A stretch of DNA of 63,470 nucleotides, filler included, from Psammoneis japonica (Eukaryota), in the NCBI GenBank assembly GCA_008632985.1. It is 3 parts of 3 records of this genome, joined end to end, with 100 filler letters (N's around TTAATTAATTAA, not from the genome) between each part and the next. Parts side by side here need not be neighbours in the genome. Positions count along the whole stretch, not along the records: positions 23,783 to 47,469 come from QPGO01000432.1; 2 more parts are not named here. One strand, given 5' to 3'. The position numbers were made by a program, and so were the translations under genes. The stretch's first letter is position 1, and every line of letters begins with the position of its first letter. The notes under the pieces were generated by a model, which was not told the origin of the DNA, did not search any database, and saw nothing but the letters and a program-made list of their open reading frames with translations. Positions 26,434 through 40,530 of this stretch are shown piece after piece.

Positions 26434-28640
26434 CCAAGGGAGGGGCTCACATCATGCTTCTGTCAAATGACTGCTGCTGGCAAAAAGCAAAAAAAAAATG
26501 AGCACATGTGCCCACTGCACTGACAGCGCCACCAGGTGTGGAAGCTGCAACTTTGGTGCAGGTGTCACACTCACAAAAATGAGCAGGATGTGACCCCCTC
26601 TTTTCACACGAGTGTGCCACACCTGCGCCAGCAAACCCAGGTGTGCAACACCCAGGTTTCAAATGGCTGCTGCACCACACATGACACTCCTGGAGTGGGG
26701 CCACCATGCTGCGCAGAAATGCATTTTGCACTGTGATGCCATCAGCACACAGAATCTGCAGCAGTGCTGAAAGCCACCTCCTTCTTTCTTTTTTTGCTTG
26801 GGCTAAAATTCAAGAGCTTCAGTGCAAAAAATGTGCATGTTTTGCTGCACAAAAATTGGCAAGTTGCTGTTGCTGCATCAAAACATCACTGATTGATCCC
26901 TCATGCCTGAAGTCATGATGTTTTGAGCGGATCTTGTTGCCGCCACATGTGGCTGACATGTTGCACAAAAATGTCGTCAATCTTGTCACTTGCAGACCAA
27001 AATGTCAGTCTTTGACCAAGCAAGTTGTCAAAGATTGGCTCCGTGCATTTGCGCACTGCATGCAGGACCCTGATCATCATCACCATTCATTTGGCTCCGG
27101 GCAAAAGATGGTGGTTGGCTTCAAATGTCAAGAATCAATCAGAAGAGGACAGGTCATTTCTGGATCAGTTGGGAGTTTCTGTGGTCAACTTTGAATGGGT
27201 GCACAAAAAGACATGTCTCTCAAAAATCAACAAGGGCAAGTGTCCAGCAGACGCGTTCCAGCTCTAGGTGGGACCTCGCAGTGCTGAACTGTGACATCAA
27301 TGGTTTTTTGGATCGCGCCGCATGTCGCGCACGTAGATGGCTACGTGTGACATTCTACGAAACCAGGCCTGTGGGGAGCATTGACCACTTGTCTTTCTTT
27401 GTGGGTGTGGGTGTGTGTGTGCCGTTGCGTGCTGCATTGCCTGCACGCACGTGGGGCCCCACCGCCGGGGCCGGCATTGTGGCGGCTGAGTGGCATGGCC
27501 ACCGCACCGGTGACGCGGATGACCGTTGTGTTTGATGTCTCATGCCATTTTTGGGGCTGCAGCGAGGTGCACGGACACTCTTTTTTTCCAATTTATCGCC
27601 ACAATGGCGCATCACACAAACTCACTTGTTGTTCGACATGTTTTCCCCAATGTGACTTTTTTGTGTAGAATTCACGACAAATTGTCTTTGCATGTCCCTG
27701 GTCCGCGCATCGTTGCGCTTTTGTGCAACAGTGCACGATTTTTGGGTCACAGACATTTCCCTTTCATTCTCCACACCGTTGCAGGAAAGTGCAGCCAGGA
27801 TTTTACACACATCTGTGTCATCGCATGCTGTGTGAAAACAGCACTTGCATGTCAAATGCCTCATTCGGCATGAATGTCAGTGTTCAAACAATGGCGCTCA
27901 AAACATCAACCCTGTGGAATTCTGCGTCAATTCCAGTGGAAACCGCGTTGTGCTTTTCTGCAACGTGGCGATTTTCACGACCAAAAATGCATCCTCTTGC
28001 TGTTTGTCTTATGAAAGCCACCTCAGGTTGTTTGACACTGTCAAACCACCAGACACCATCATTGGAGCCTGCTTTGGCTAGTTGGGTCAGGTCAGGTGTC
28101 AAATGACCGGCTTTGTCAATTGTTGGCAACAGCACAAAACCATGTTGTGCTTTCGCGCAACGTGAAGGCGCGGACCAGGGATGTGACTGAATGCATTTTT
28201 GAACATGCCACGCCGTCAATCCCAATTTTTCAGAACTTTCGAGCTCTCCCAAAAAACCGTGCCGCGTGCCCGTCGCAGGGAATTTATCGATTTTTTAGGA
28301 TGTCCCCACAACCTCTCATGTCCTCAATGACAACTCCAAGAATCCGAAGAATTCATCTGCACTAAACAACCCACACCCTTTCAAAATCCAAGGGACACAC
28401 TTTCAAATTCAGACGGACAACCCGACTGCCCGACCCCCCGACCCCCCGACTGCCCGACTGCCGGACCGACACGAAAAAGTCTGCAATCACCAACCACTGA
28501 GTGGTCAATGATTGTTTCACACTTCCCATTTTGCGAAGCCAAAGGCTTTCTGTTTTCAACATTTGTGACAACGAAAATGCACTGGGCACATTCTTTAATG
28601 TCTGTAGAATGTGCCCATACAAACTGTTGTTCATGCACTT
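25731..28640 (+). repeat. ~2.9-kb direct repeat, copy A (copy B at 34207-37110)
   Basis: Colinear near-identity at an offset of ~8.47 kb; 37054-37110 matches 28584-28640 after the N gap. Confidence 0.92.
28421..28470 (+). repeat. 9-bp minisatellite CCCGAC(TGC/CCC)
   Basis: About five imperfect units upstream of LINE ORF1. Confidence 0.7.
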
Positions 28641-28717
28641 GCAATTCTGCGATTGCTTGCACTGAGTGTGCCTGCGTGTTTTTAGCACCACGCTCTCCGT
28701 AGAACTGCCGACACACC

Positions 28718-30571
28718 ATGGCGTCTTGTTCCGTCGCTGACGGCAGCCACACCCCCAACGATGACAACGACATCAATGTGGCGGACGACATCACTGTTGA
28801 TCACGCATCCAACAAACCTTCTTCTAAACCAAAAGAGCCTCCCTGTGTGGAGATCACCCCGTGCTTTGACATTCGTGGCCCGGAGGCGACGTGCAAGCCG
28901 ACGACCCTCACCACCGCTCATCTTCAAGTTTTGCAACAAATCCCATTCACGCATCACAACGATGTTCAGATCCTGGACAACCACAACAACCAGATCACCA
29001 ATGTCAACATTGCAGAATGGATTGCAACCCTTCAGCACGAACGTCACTTCACGATTTCTGCGACTCGCAGTGGAGAAAAACGCCCTGTCGTCCACCGCCT
29101 GTGCCACCGCATTTTAACCAAAGTCCCCCTTTGAGAGATCCGTTCTCATCCTCATGTTCAGAGCATTTTAGACTCAAACAACATGGGTTTGAAGCGCCAC
29201 TGCTGGAATGAGTCAGTGATCGACACGGTGACTCCGGCATGTTGCGTCGCCACCCCATCCAAGCATGCTCCGATCGACGAAGCTACCAAGTTGTTTGCAA
29301 AAGATCTGGGCGAATTCAAGTCCAAGATGCCGAAATTTCGTCTCGCACCTACCTCCATTCGTGCCGACAACGATCAATTGGCTCCTCCCCTTCGCACCGT
29401 CACTTGTGCCATCGAAGTGCAACAAGACGATTGCCGCACTGCAGGAAAAACCTTGCTGTGCGCCTCCAACAAGCTGCCGACACACATTGTCATGGCGAAG
29501 ACACGGCACATGTCGCCACTCGCCTTCTGTGACGCCGTCAAACTCCAAGCTCGTCGCAATCATGATGCTCACGTGGTTCCACTGTTGTGCACCTCCCCGG
29601 ATGTGATGTTTTATTTGGAAAACCACATCAGGGCCATCTCCGGAGTGAAAGAGATCTGCAAGTCTAGCACCGCCCCTGGTCGGTGCAACACATTGGTCAA
29701 ACGTACGGATTTCAAAGCTTCCCGTGCTGGCATCTCCACATGCATCATGGATCAAATTCCAAACATCCCCAAAGAATCTTGGCCGTCTCCTCCGTTTCCC
29801 GATCAACCTCACGTGTCTGGTGTGCTTGACGAGCAGTCCGACACCAGCAAATCCACAGTGTCTGCGAGCATCCGCAGTTTGGAGTCCCCAACCTTCTCAG
29901 ACGTATCTCCATTGACGGACACCCAGGCCTCGAGGTCAAACCGTCCTCCTCCTCCGGCACAGTTCGCGGATAGAGGCCATGGTCATGGCAGCACCCCTGG
30001 TCGAGGCCACTCTCTAAGCCCGTCAGTCCCTCCACAAATCTTTGCCCCCAGGCCCTCCTTCCAGGCAACTCCTTGCGGATGTTCTGGGTGCCCAGGAATC
30101 TCGTCCCCTCCGCATTCGCACGCTCAAGCGACTCAGTCGTCTACAAGTTCTTCCCTTGCGTCAGCACAGATGGCGGAAGTGCAACAGACCCTGTCACAAA
30201 TGCAACAGAAGAACGATGCGGCTCCAGCAGATCTCCGCCGACAGCATTCTCAGGATGTGGAAGCTTTGCACAACACCTTTGCCAAACAACACTCCCAGGA
30301 CATGGCCACCATGCAGTTTCAGCATTCCCAACAGTTGGCTGCAGTGCAGGAACAAATGAACCAAATTGTTCAACTGCTTCAAGCAAACCAACCCATTCAG
30401 AGTTCAGCCAGAAAACGCCCCAACAACATGGAAACTCCTGAACGCCCTGGCGACCACAAAGAACGGGAGACGGATTTTTGGGCAGGGGTTGGACTTCACC
30501 GCCTCCACCCCCTCAAGAAATTGGGCGACCTCCTGACATTGTTTCCTCGCCCCACTCACCACTTACGCTAA
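28718..30571 (+). pseudogene. LINE ORF1 (putative), interrupted by TGA at 29132
   Basis: 28718..29134 and 29183..30571 are in the same frame, directly upstream of the APE-RT ORF2. Pro/Ser-rich and Gln-rich coiled-coil C-terminus. Confidence 0.7.
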
Positions 30572-30683
30572 CATCAATTTTCCGTCGGACTTCACGACAC
30601 CGGAGTTTTTCCTTCCAAACCAACACCAAGTTAATGCAGTGCTCTAAGCCTCAGTCTTCTCTTCGGAGGAGCATGGCCCAACA

Positions 30684-33600
30684 ATGAGTCGTTCGCCTTC
30701 TGCTGAAGATCCAGCTCTCGCTTGGCAGAACATCCTAGACAGACGCAGTTGCCACCCTCCCACAGATCGTCGGACAGATTTTTCTCGACTGAAGACCAAT
30801 GCACCTGTGGGCGACGAACTCCGGCCCAAGCTTTCTCACCATGCGCGCCTTTACGCCTTCAATGCCAACGGTTGTAAATTCGACAAGCGTGGCGGTGATG
30901 TGAACGAGTGCTGTCAACTCGCCTCCGAAATTCAAGCCGATGTCATTGGCATCTCGGAGGTGTGCCTCGACACCACCCAATTCGACATTTTGTCTGTGTG
31001 TAGATCCACCGTTTCCAAGTCTTTACATCATGGGCGGTCTGCCTTTTCAAGCAGTTCCACCACCTTTACAACGCAACACAAACTGGGTGGAACGGCCTTG
31101 TTGTCATGCAATTCGATTTCTGCTCGCTTCCGGACTCAAGAATCCGACCCACTCGGCAGGTGGTCAATTCAAGTCTTCGACGGTGGGAATGGACGCCAAG
31201 TTGTGTTTGTCTCTTGCTGTCGAGTTTGCGCCAAGAACCAACAACACCCAGGGAAGACAACAGCATGTGCTCAACAATTGGCCCTCCTCCGGCAACCAGG
31301 GCGCCGGTCACTCGATCCCAGGAAGGCATTTTGCACAGACTCATCCCGAGTCTTGCAGGATTTTCTGGCGGATTCCAATCGAGAAGTCATTATTTTTGGG
31401 GACTTTAACACTGATTTCACCTGTGACACTGACTCTTTGGCTGCCGTTGCCCAGCGCTTCAATTTGTCTGACGTCCTGTTTAACATCATGGGCGACACTG
31501 AGTTCTCCACACACACCAGAGGTTCCCGGCGTCTTGACCACGTGCCAGCCTCTCCTGGCGCTCTTGCTGCAGCTCGCTTCAGTGGATGTGAAGCCTTTGG
31601 ATGTTGAGTCACTTCTGATCATCGTGCTTGCTTCGTGGACTTTGACACCGCAGCTCTTTTCGGCAACCCGACTGTCGATTTACCCAAGGCATCCTTCAGG
31701 GATGTTCAGGCTACGTCTAAACCACAGCTCACCTCTTGTCTACAGGCAATCGGCCCAATGATTCAGAGTCGTTCGGTGTTGCAACGCTCTTTCCAGCCAC
31801 TGGAACTTGACGCTCCAGATCATGCTCTGGCTGAACGGTTGGACCGTGATCTCCTACAGTTCTCTCTTTCCGCTGCCAAGAAATGCCGAATTCATCGCAA
31901 ACCCGACTGGTCGGTTGAACTTTCAGACCTGAGGTGCCGGGTGCACATCTTTTCCCGCCTCGCATCCATGATGAGGACAAAATTGGACTGCGCATCACAG
32001 ATTTGAGCAATGCGAGACAAACTGAGTGGATCCTTCACTGTCCCCGACACTTTACAAGGTTGTCAAGAGGCGCTGCGCACTGCTCAAGACGACTGCAAGC
32101 GATTGGCGGCTGACAGTGTCGTACACCGCGAAAGGGAAGTTTCCGAGAGGACAGCCACACTCGATCTGGAAGGCACTGAGGAGTCACGCAAACAGGCAAC
32201 TATCTTGCGCAATGTCCGCAAGGCAGAAGAGATGAAAAAGCTGTTCAGGAAGATTGACTCATGCCGCACTCAGAGGGACACAGGCATTCAGAGCGTCCAA
32301 GTTCCCGGCAATCCTTCTGTTCCTCCCAAAGAATGTCAAGATTGGATCACTGTTGACGCTCCGGAAGAGGCAGCCACTGCTCTCCGTCAACGCAATCAAA
32401 AACACTTCGGTCAGGCACAAGGCACCCCTCCAACGGTGCCTCCGTCATCCATGGACCTGGGCTGTGAAGGTGACACTGTCATGGCGGATCTTGTTCTTGA
32501 TGGCGAGCATGACACGTCGGCTTTGAACGAAGCAACCGCCCTTTTCATCAACCACTTGTGTCGCCGTTCCCCAGTCTCTGTGCCGAATCTTCTGTCTGCA
32601 TCAGATCTCGAAGGAAAAACAAAACGTTGGAAAGAATCCACCTCCACGTCTGTTTGCTCCGGCCTCCACCTGGGTCATTGGAAAGCAATGTATGCTCCTC
32701 ATTGGTTCTCAGATGCAACTGATTCCGAAGGCAATCCCACCCCTGAACGTGAGGCCCTCGATGAAGTTCAACAATCCCTTGTTCAAATCAGGTTGAATCT
32801 GCTTAACTGTGCCCTTCGTTGGGGATGCTCCTTTCACCGCTGGCAAGACATTGTCAACGTGATGATCTTTAAAGAGCCAGGCAACAACAAGACACATCGT
32901 CTCCGTGTCATCCATGTCTACGAAGCTGACTTTCAATTGTTCTCGAGCGTCAAGTGGCGCGCTCTGGCCCAAAACATGGAACACCGCCGATCACACAACT
33001 CGGGGATCTATGGCACTCGCGCCTTCTTAAATGCCAACACTCCTGTGCACCTTGAAGAACTCATGCTCGAGATCAGCCGTGCCTCCCGAAAATCCGCCAT
33101 TCACAGCGATGATGATTGCACATCGTGTTGCGACCGGAATGTTCCCGCTCTGGTTGCAATTGAGAGCCGCAGCAATGGCATGCCCAAAGAAGTCACTCAA
33201 GTCGCTGACGCTGCTGTTCACAAGGCTCGCCACTGGTTGCGAACGGTGCTGGGCCTGTCACTAACTTCTTGTTCTCACTCTGATGACTTCCCCATTTACG
33301 GAACAGGACAGGGCAGCGGAAACTCTCCGTTCTGCTGGAACCAAATTTGCAACAGTCTGTTCCAGATCTTCGATCAACGGGCACATGGTGCATTTTTCGA
33401 GTCCCCAGATCACTCCCTCTCGCTGCAGATGTTCAACAGAGGACATGTCAACGACACGTCCAAGCAGGTGAACGATTTTTGTTCGAGTCCTCAACCTTGC
33501 ATCCTCGATTTGGCTTTCAAGATGCAGGAAGATGATCAACTGTGGTGCGACCTTTTGAACGCGGCTGGCCATGAGTTAGAATCACCCAAATGCTCCTTCC

Positions 33601-34207
33601 ACGCCATTGAATGGATGTTTGCAGAGGACGGCGAACCTCACCTTCGACCCTGCAACGAGGACATTGACATTGAAATCTCTTCCGCAAACAATTGTCCGCA
33701 TGCTCTTCTCACAAGACACTTGGACACTGCAAAGCTCCAGCAGGGACTCAAAAGACCCAGTGCTCGGCTCTGAAACAAAAGAGTGACGGCATTGCCCTGT
33801 TCCTTTGGTCTTGTCCTTTAGATCGACACGAGTCATGGACTCACTGTTTTGCTTGTTGTCTGTCTGCAACCACGCATGTTCTCCCGAACACTCACTTCAA
33901 GGAGAAAGAGTTGCTCGAAGTGCAGAGGAAGGCCATGCGTGCCATTTTTGCCAAATGCGGGTGCAATCGGAACTCGAAACGTGACGTCCTCTTTGGACCT
34001 TGTTCCCTGGGAGGCGGTGGTTTCAGGTCTTTAGACGTGGAACAGGGTGTGGTGCAGGTTCTGCAGTTTCTCACCCACTGGCGGGGCTCTGGGCAACCTC
34101 AGGTGTTGTCGCAAATCGCTGCATCATGGATTCAGTTGCAGCTTGGCACAGGTGTGAGTTTTCTTCAGGACGTCCACACCAAGCTCCCTCATTCCGAATC
34201 GAAATGG
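30684..34207 (+). mobile_element. Ambal-like LINE ORF2: APE endonuclease + RT, 3'-truncated, with in-frame TGA stops
   Basis: APE motifs AFNANG, DVIGISE, DPLGRWS, IFGDFN, THTRGSRRLDH and SDHR; RT motifs LRVIHVYEADF, IYGTGQGSGNSP and GHVND. A different subfamily from copies 1 and 2. Confidence 0.92.
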
Positions 34208-37110
34208 TGCATCGACACATCGACGTGATGCGGCCCCTTCTGGCAGAATGAGGAGGAACAAGCTTTTCCATCTCATTCTCCACATTGACATTGGTCATGT
34301 GCAGTTCTGCTGTGGCCTTGTCCTTCACTGTGGATGCCTTGTGGCGTGCATTTGTGACCACACAACAAAAGCATGACAATGCGATCCAAGGCATTCTGCA
34401 CATGAGATGCGACAAAGGGAGGAAAGAACGTGACCATTCAATTCGCCACATTTTTAATGGCCATGTGAGGTTCTACTTTTGCCTTGGCCATCACTCTACA
34501 GTCGCCTCACATGATGTGCACTTGTGACGACATGACACGAGAACAGCGCATTTCTGACAACCAATCTGTTGCACCAGCATTCTGCACACAATCCACCACA
34601 TTTCATCTCATCTTTCATGCTGCAGATGACATTCAAACAATGTCATTGACTGCAGTGACTTGCGTCATGATTGATTGACAATTGCCGTCATGAATGGATT
34701 CGAGTGCACCATTGCATGTCTTGCCCACTTTGTTTGCTGCTGTCGACTGAAGCCGGTGTTGACAGCGCGTGGCTCTGCACGTGCGTGGTTTGGTGCAGAA
34801 ATGCATGCAAGGGGTGTTTTTGTTTGCTGTTTGATGACAAGGCCGTCGCGCGTGTCACGAAAACAAAAAACGTTTTTGTTTTTGTTTTTGTGCGACGACA
34901 AGGGAGGGGCCAAGGGAGGGGCTCACATCATGCTTCTGTCAAATGACTGCTGCTGGCAAAAAGCAAAAAAAAAATGAGCACATGTGCCCACTGCACTGAC
35001 AGCACCACCAGGTGTGGAAGCTGCAACTTTGGTGCAGGTGTCACACTCACAAAAATGAGCAGGATGTGACCCCCTCTTTTCACACGAGTGTGCCACACCT
35101 GCGCCAGCAAACCCAGGTGTGCAACACCCAGGTTTCAAATGGCTGCTGCACCACACATGACACTCCTGGAGTGGGGCCACCGTGCTGCGCAGAAATGCAT
35201 TTTGCACTGTGATGCCATCAGCACACAGAATCTGCAGCAGTGCTGAAAGCCACCTCCTTCTTTCTTTTTTTGCTTGGGCTAAAATTCAAGAGCTTCAGTG
35301 CAAAAAATGTGCATGTTTTGCTGCACAAAAATTGGCAAGTTGCTGTTGCTGCATCAAAACATCACTGATTGATCCCTCATGCCTGAAGTCATGATGTTTT
35401 GAGCAGATCTTGTTGCCGCCACATGTGGCTGACATGTTGCACAAAAATGTCGTCAATCTTGTCACTTGCAGACCAAAATGTCAGTCTTTGACCAAGCAAG
35501 TTGTCAAAGATTGGCTCCGTGCATTTGCGCACTGCATGCAGGACCCTGATCATCATCACCATTCATTTGGCTCCGGGCAAAAGATGGTGGTTGGCTTCAA
35601 ATGTCAAGAATCAATCAGAAGAGGACAGGTCATTTCTGGATCAGTTGGGAGTTTCTGTGGTCAACTTTGAATGGGTGCACAAAAAGACATGTCTCTCAAA
35701 AATCAACAAGGGCAAGTGTCCAGCAGACGCGTTCCAGCTCTGGGTGGGACCTCGCAGTGCTGAACTGTGACATCAATGGTTTTTTGGATCGCGCCGCATG
35801 TCGCGCACGTAGATGGCTGCATGTGACATTCTACGAAACCAGGCCTGCGGGGAGCATTGACCACTTGTCTTTCTTTGTGGGTGTGGGTGCATGTGTGCCG
35901 TTGCATGCTGCATTGCCTGTACGCACGCAGGGCCCTGCCGCCGGGGCCGGCATTGTGGCGGCTGAGTGGCATGGCCAGTTGTGTTTGATGTCTCATGCCA
36001 TTTTTGGGGCTGCAGCGAGGTGCACGGACACTCTTTTTTTCCAATTTATTGCCGTGACAGCGCATCGCACAAACTCACTCATTGTTCGATGTGTTTTCCC
36101 CAACATGACTTTTTCGTGTAGAGTTCACGATGAGTTGTCTTTGCACGTCCCTGGTCCGCGCATCGTTGCGCTTTTGTGCAACAGTGCATGATTTTTGGGT
36201 CACAGACATTTCCCTTTCATTCTCCACACCGTTGTGGGAAAGTGCAGCCAGGATTTTACATGCATCTGTGTCATCGCATGCTGTGTGAAAATGGCATTTG
36301 CATGTCAAATGCCTCATTCGGCATGAATGTCAATGTCCAAATGATGGCGCTCAAAACATTGACCCTGCAGAATTCTGCATCAATTCCAGCAGAAACCGCG
36401 TTGCGCTTTTCTGCAACGTGGCGATTTTCACAACCAAAAATGCATCCTCTTGCTGTTTGTCTTATGAAAGCCACCTCAGGTTGTTTGACACTGTCAAACC
36501 ACCAGACACCATCATTGAAGCCTGCTTTGGCTAGTTGGGTCAGGTCAGGTGTCAAATGACCGGCTTTGTCAATTGTTGGCAACAGCACAAAACCACATTG
36601 TGCTTTCGCACAACGTGAAGGCGCGGACCAGGGATGTGACTGAATGCATTTTTGAACATGCCACGCCGTCAATCCCAATTTTTCAGAACTTTTGAGCTCT
36701 CCCNNNNNNNNNNNNNNNNNNNNNNNNNNNNNNNNNNNNNNNNNNNNNNNNNNNNNNNNNNNNNNNNNNNNNNNNNNNNNNNNNNNNNNNNNNNNNNNNN
36801 NNNNNNNNNNNNNNNNNNNNNNNNNNNNNNNNNNNNNNNNNNNNNNNNNNNNNNNNNNNNNNNNNNNNNNNNNNNNNNNNNNNNNNNNNNNNNNNNNNNN
36901 NNNNNNNNNNNNNNNNNNNNNNNNNNNNNNNNNNNNNNNNNNNNNNNNNNNNNNNNNNNNNNNNNNNNNNNNNNNNNNNNNNNNNNNNNNNNNNNNNNNN
37001 NNNNNNNNNNNNNNNNNNNNNNNNNNNNNNNNNNNNNNNNNNNNNNNNNNNNNGGGCACATTCTTTAATGTCTGTAGAATGTGCCCATGCAAACTGTTGT
37101 TCATGCACTT
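34207..37110 (+). repeat. ~2.9-kb direct repeat, copy B (N gap 36704-37053)
   Basis: Matches 25731-28640. Confidence 0.92.
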
Positions 37111-38199
37111 AAAGTGTGAAGGAGGAGATGCGTTCGTAAAATTGCCTCTTTTTCTGTTGGCGATCATTCACATTTTCATTGATTGACAACACCAACGCAG
37201 AGCTCGCATGCAGAATTCTGCGGGCCCAATGTCACACGGAGTCCCACCTGGGATTGGAACCCGTCAGCACTCAACTTGTGTTCTCTCATCATCCCCCAAC
37301 AGAAATTTTTGCTGCATGGCAGCCGCATTGCTGCATGAGTTCTTTGGTTGTGGTGGAGACACATTGACAACACCAGGAGCTGCAAATCCTGTGATGAAGG
37401 ACTTTGCCTTTGTTTGCTTGTTGCTGGCAGATGTGCTGCAAAAAGCCAGCACCGCGCAAAGGAAGCTCTCAACAAGCTGCAACTTCAGCTCAAGAAGAGC
37501 CAAAGGTTCAGCCAAACCAGCCACCAAGAAGAGAGTGCAGTGGAGAGTCAACTGACTGGGCCATTTCCCCAGCCCACATCTGCCCCAGTCTGTCCCAAAA
37601 AGATGATGTGCCAGGAATGGAGAAAACAAGCAATCCTCATGACCCAACTTTTCTTCTGCATTGAGCACCCCCCTGTGGTGTGGTTTCCAGTGCCACTGCT
37701 GATGCCACAGCTTGTGGCAGAGATCTGCAAAACTTGGAAGAAGGAGTCCTTGACAGGGTCTCAAGAAGTTTCATTGGCCAGCTGTTGCCAGTGATGCCAG
37801 TGACGTCAGTGGCGACACTGACATCCAAAGCATGGCTCCAGCCAAAACTCTCAAGCACATGGGACACAAAGTCATGCAATTCCAGAGGAGGTGTGAGACA
37901 ACAAAGGCATCATGAAACTAAACCCAAGTGCAAGAGGGTGTGGCACAGCAAGTGGTGGATGAGAACCTCAAAAGTTGCCAAGGGGGTGTCAAAACAATTG
38001 GTGCCCACCATCACATTGTGGCCATGAAGATGCTTGTGCAAATGAAATGTGTGCCAGGAAAAGTCTGTTCAGTGTTTGCTTGCAAGCCACTCTTCTTTCA
38101 ATTTAGAAGAAACACAACAAGATTCCACATGTGCCCAACCCACAGAGAAACAGGTTGAGCTGTGGGAAATGGGTGGGATGGCAGAATGAAAGATTGCTG

Positions 38200-40530
38200 C
38201 AATGAATGATTTGCTCAGCATGCTGACTGGGCTTTCATTTCATGACAGGAAGAGCACTCTCAGAAAGCCAGTTGACAACACCATGCGCGTGTTGAAAGTG
38301 AACAACAGCAATGGCAAGAAGGACAAAATGTGGCGACAGGCACCTCTGGTTGAGAGTGTCAGTGGTGTGATTTGTCCACGTGTTGAGGCTCTGGCGAACA
38401 AAGGCATTCTTGTCAAGTCCTCAACAGCAACCAGACTCAGTGATGGCACACTCATTGACCCTTTCAGTCAGCCAAACCACAGCATGCTGCAGTGCTTGGC
38501 ACAAAGTTGAGCCTGCACTTTGACGTGTTAAAAAGTTGAAACCATGGCAAAAGCACAAAGGAAAGAGACAATCTGTTTCCTGGCCTGTTTAACACAAGGG
38601 TGCATCTTGAGTTGACAAATTGGCTGATTGCAAAGACATGCTTGACAACACACAATGATCTGACAAAATGAGGACTGTCCAAAATTTTTGATTTTTAAAA
38701 CCTCAGTGAGTGAAAGTTTTGAGGTGCGTGGACATGCAAGGTGTCTGTCAACAGTTGTGTGGCACCAAACTGCTTTCATTTCTCATGTCAATGTGTTCTC
38801 CACCCATCACACTTTTTGCTGTGCTTGCACCAGCATGTCATTTTGATTTACAATGTGGCAAAGTGTGGCGTGGAACTCTGCACATTTTGTGCACTGCATG
38901 CTGTGGTTTGGCTGATTTCTGAAAACTGAAAGGGTTTGTGGCAATTTAAGTTTGGAGCTGCAGTTGTGAGCAGCACAGACCCAAGCAGCCCCAACTTGCT
39001 TGATCTCATTGCCAATCTTGACGCACCAGACACGTGTGAAAGCCTGAGAAAGAAGTTGCTCAACAACTGAAAACATGCTTTTGACACCCACCTCTTTTGA
39101 AAAAAGGAGGCTCTTGTCCAGTGTTGTTTGCACACAACATGGCTGGAGCAACATGACCACATCAGTCTGTTGGCAAACAACAAAGCAGCTGAATGCCCTC
39201 CTCCAGCCCAAGCCAAAAGCCGGTTGCCCCTGTTTCAACAACAGAGAGCACCCACATCAAGACCCTTCTTGCTGTCAACAACCATGCATGGGAGCTGCGG
39301 TCCATTGACACACAGAAACAAACAAGGAGGTTGAGATGCCTTTTTGTGCAAGAATGGAGCAGACCAAGGTTGATCAGATGAAGCCAGAGACTTGCGTGCT
39401 TCACACCATTCCTCTTTGTGGTGATGCTCAACTCATTGACAACACCCTTGGCCTGCAAGGATGCAGCACCTCTGCCCTTCCCCTCTGCTTTCTCTGCAAC
39501 ATTTCCCTTGAAGCACTGGTGCAGTCAAAATCAAAGAATGCAGCTGCAGGAACAGAGCTGTGGACATGGCTGCTGCAGCTGAGCAACAGCTTGAGAACAT
39601 CCCAAAGAGCAAAACAAAGAAGAAACAAAAGCAAACAGCTGAGACAAGTGGGCCAGCCATCAACAAATCTTTGACTTCAGCTGACACTTCAGTCATGCCC
39701 TTCTCTCCTCATTGCATGTTTTGAAAGCAAGAGTCTCAAGAGCACCAAGGAAAAAAGAGCAAAAGCTGAGCTGCTCTGAGCAGCTTGGAATCAAGTTCTG
39801 CCAAACTTTGAAGCAGAGAAGTGTCCCTGTTGCAAACACACAGAGAGGAGTGTGAGTCAGCTCAACATTTCTCACAACTCAAGACAATCTGCCCTGCTCC
39901 AGAGGGTCTGTTGTCTGACATTGGTTCCTGCCTCAAACACCACTGAGGGAAATGCAAAGAGTGCTCTGGAGTCAGTCACTGGCGGCAAGCCTCCCCATTG
40001 GCACCAAGCACAACCCATTTTGCGGCAGATCATTTGATGGAAACAACTGCTTCAGAATGATGCACAACTTCAGTGCACTGATCTGTGCCCTGCAGAATGC
40101 ATCCAAAGATGAGTTGGATGAAATGAGATCAAAAATGGGTGCTGCAGCAACCAAACAAGAGAATGGTTTTGGCACATTTCAAAAGATCTTGCCAAGATTT
40201 GGGTCTGCTGAGATGTCAGATGAGCCAGACATTGACAAATTCAAAGAGGATCTTGAAAAATTCAGGGAAATTTGTGACAGGTCTGTGACAACTGAGATCC
40301 ACCAACTGATGGAGCAAGCTTGGCAATGTTGAAAAAGTGTGCAGCAGACGCGCTCCACACTGCAAATGAGAATCACTCTGAATGAGCTGTTTTCGCTCTA
40401 AACAAAAAATGAACAGAGCATTTTGCTCCGATTGCAAGTGCCAAACAATTAATTGTGGCTTTGCTCTGTTCAAGCCACAGTCAGAGCGACATGCTCTGTG
40501 CATGAGACAATCAGAGCAAAATGCCAACAT
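38200..40530 (+). pseudogene. Highly degenerate DDE transposase, Chapaev/Transib-like
   Basis: Motif order FKFG...PSSP...LDAPDTCESL; LCGDAQLIDNTLGLQGCS..PLCFLC; LHV; CGRSFDGNNC. This resembles the GD..GLxG..PCxxC / FxGNxC signature. Many stops and frameshifts. Confidence 0.6.
38468..38915. mobile_element. 448-bp MITE-like insertion with perfect 20-bp TIRs
   Basis: TCAGCCAAACCACAGCATGC at 38468-38487 and its exact reverse complement at 38896-38915. No clear TSD. Confidence 0.7.

Noticed and set aside
24058..28365. Numerous short Cys/His-rich ORFs as genes
   Set aside because: They overlap in all frames, show no recognisable domains, and are explained by loss of TAA/TAG in duplicated repeat DNA.
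30684..34207. Bacterial RT system (retron, DGR, group II intron) as the source of A-specific mutation
   Set aside because: The RT is fused to an APE endonuclease with LINE architecture. Changes are TpA-specific transitions on both strands over tens of kb, not A>N in a short variable region.
25731..37110. LTR retrotransposon with 2.9-kb LTRs
   Set aside because: The interior is a truncated LINE with no gag, integrase, PBS or PPT, and the repeat is itself a mosaic of other elements.
36271..37186. Long ORFs spanning N runs (also 1157-2201 and 49182-49872)
   Set aside because: These are artefacts of translating through assembly gaps.
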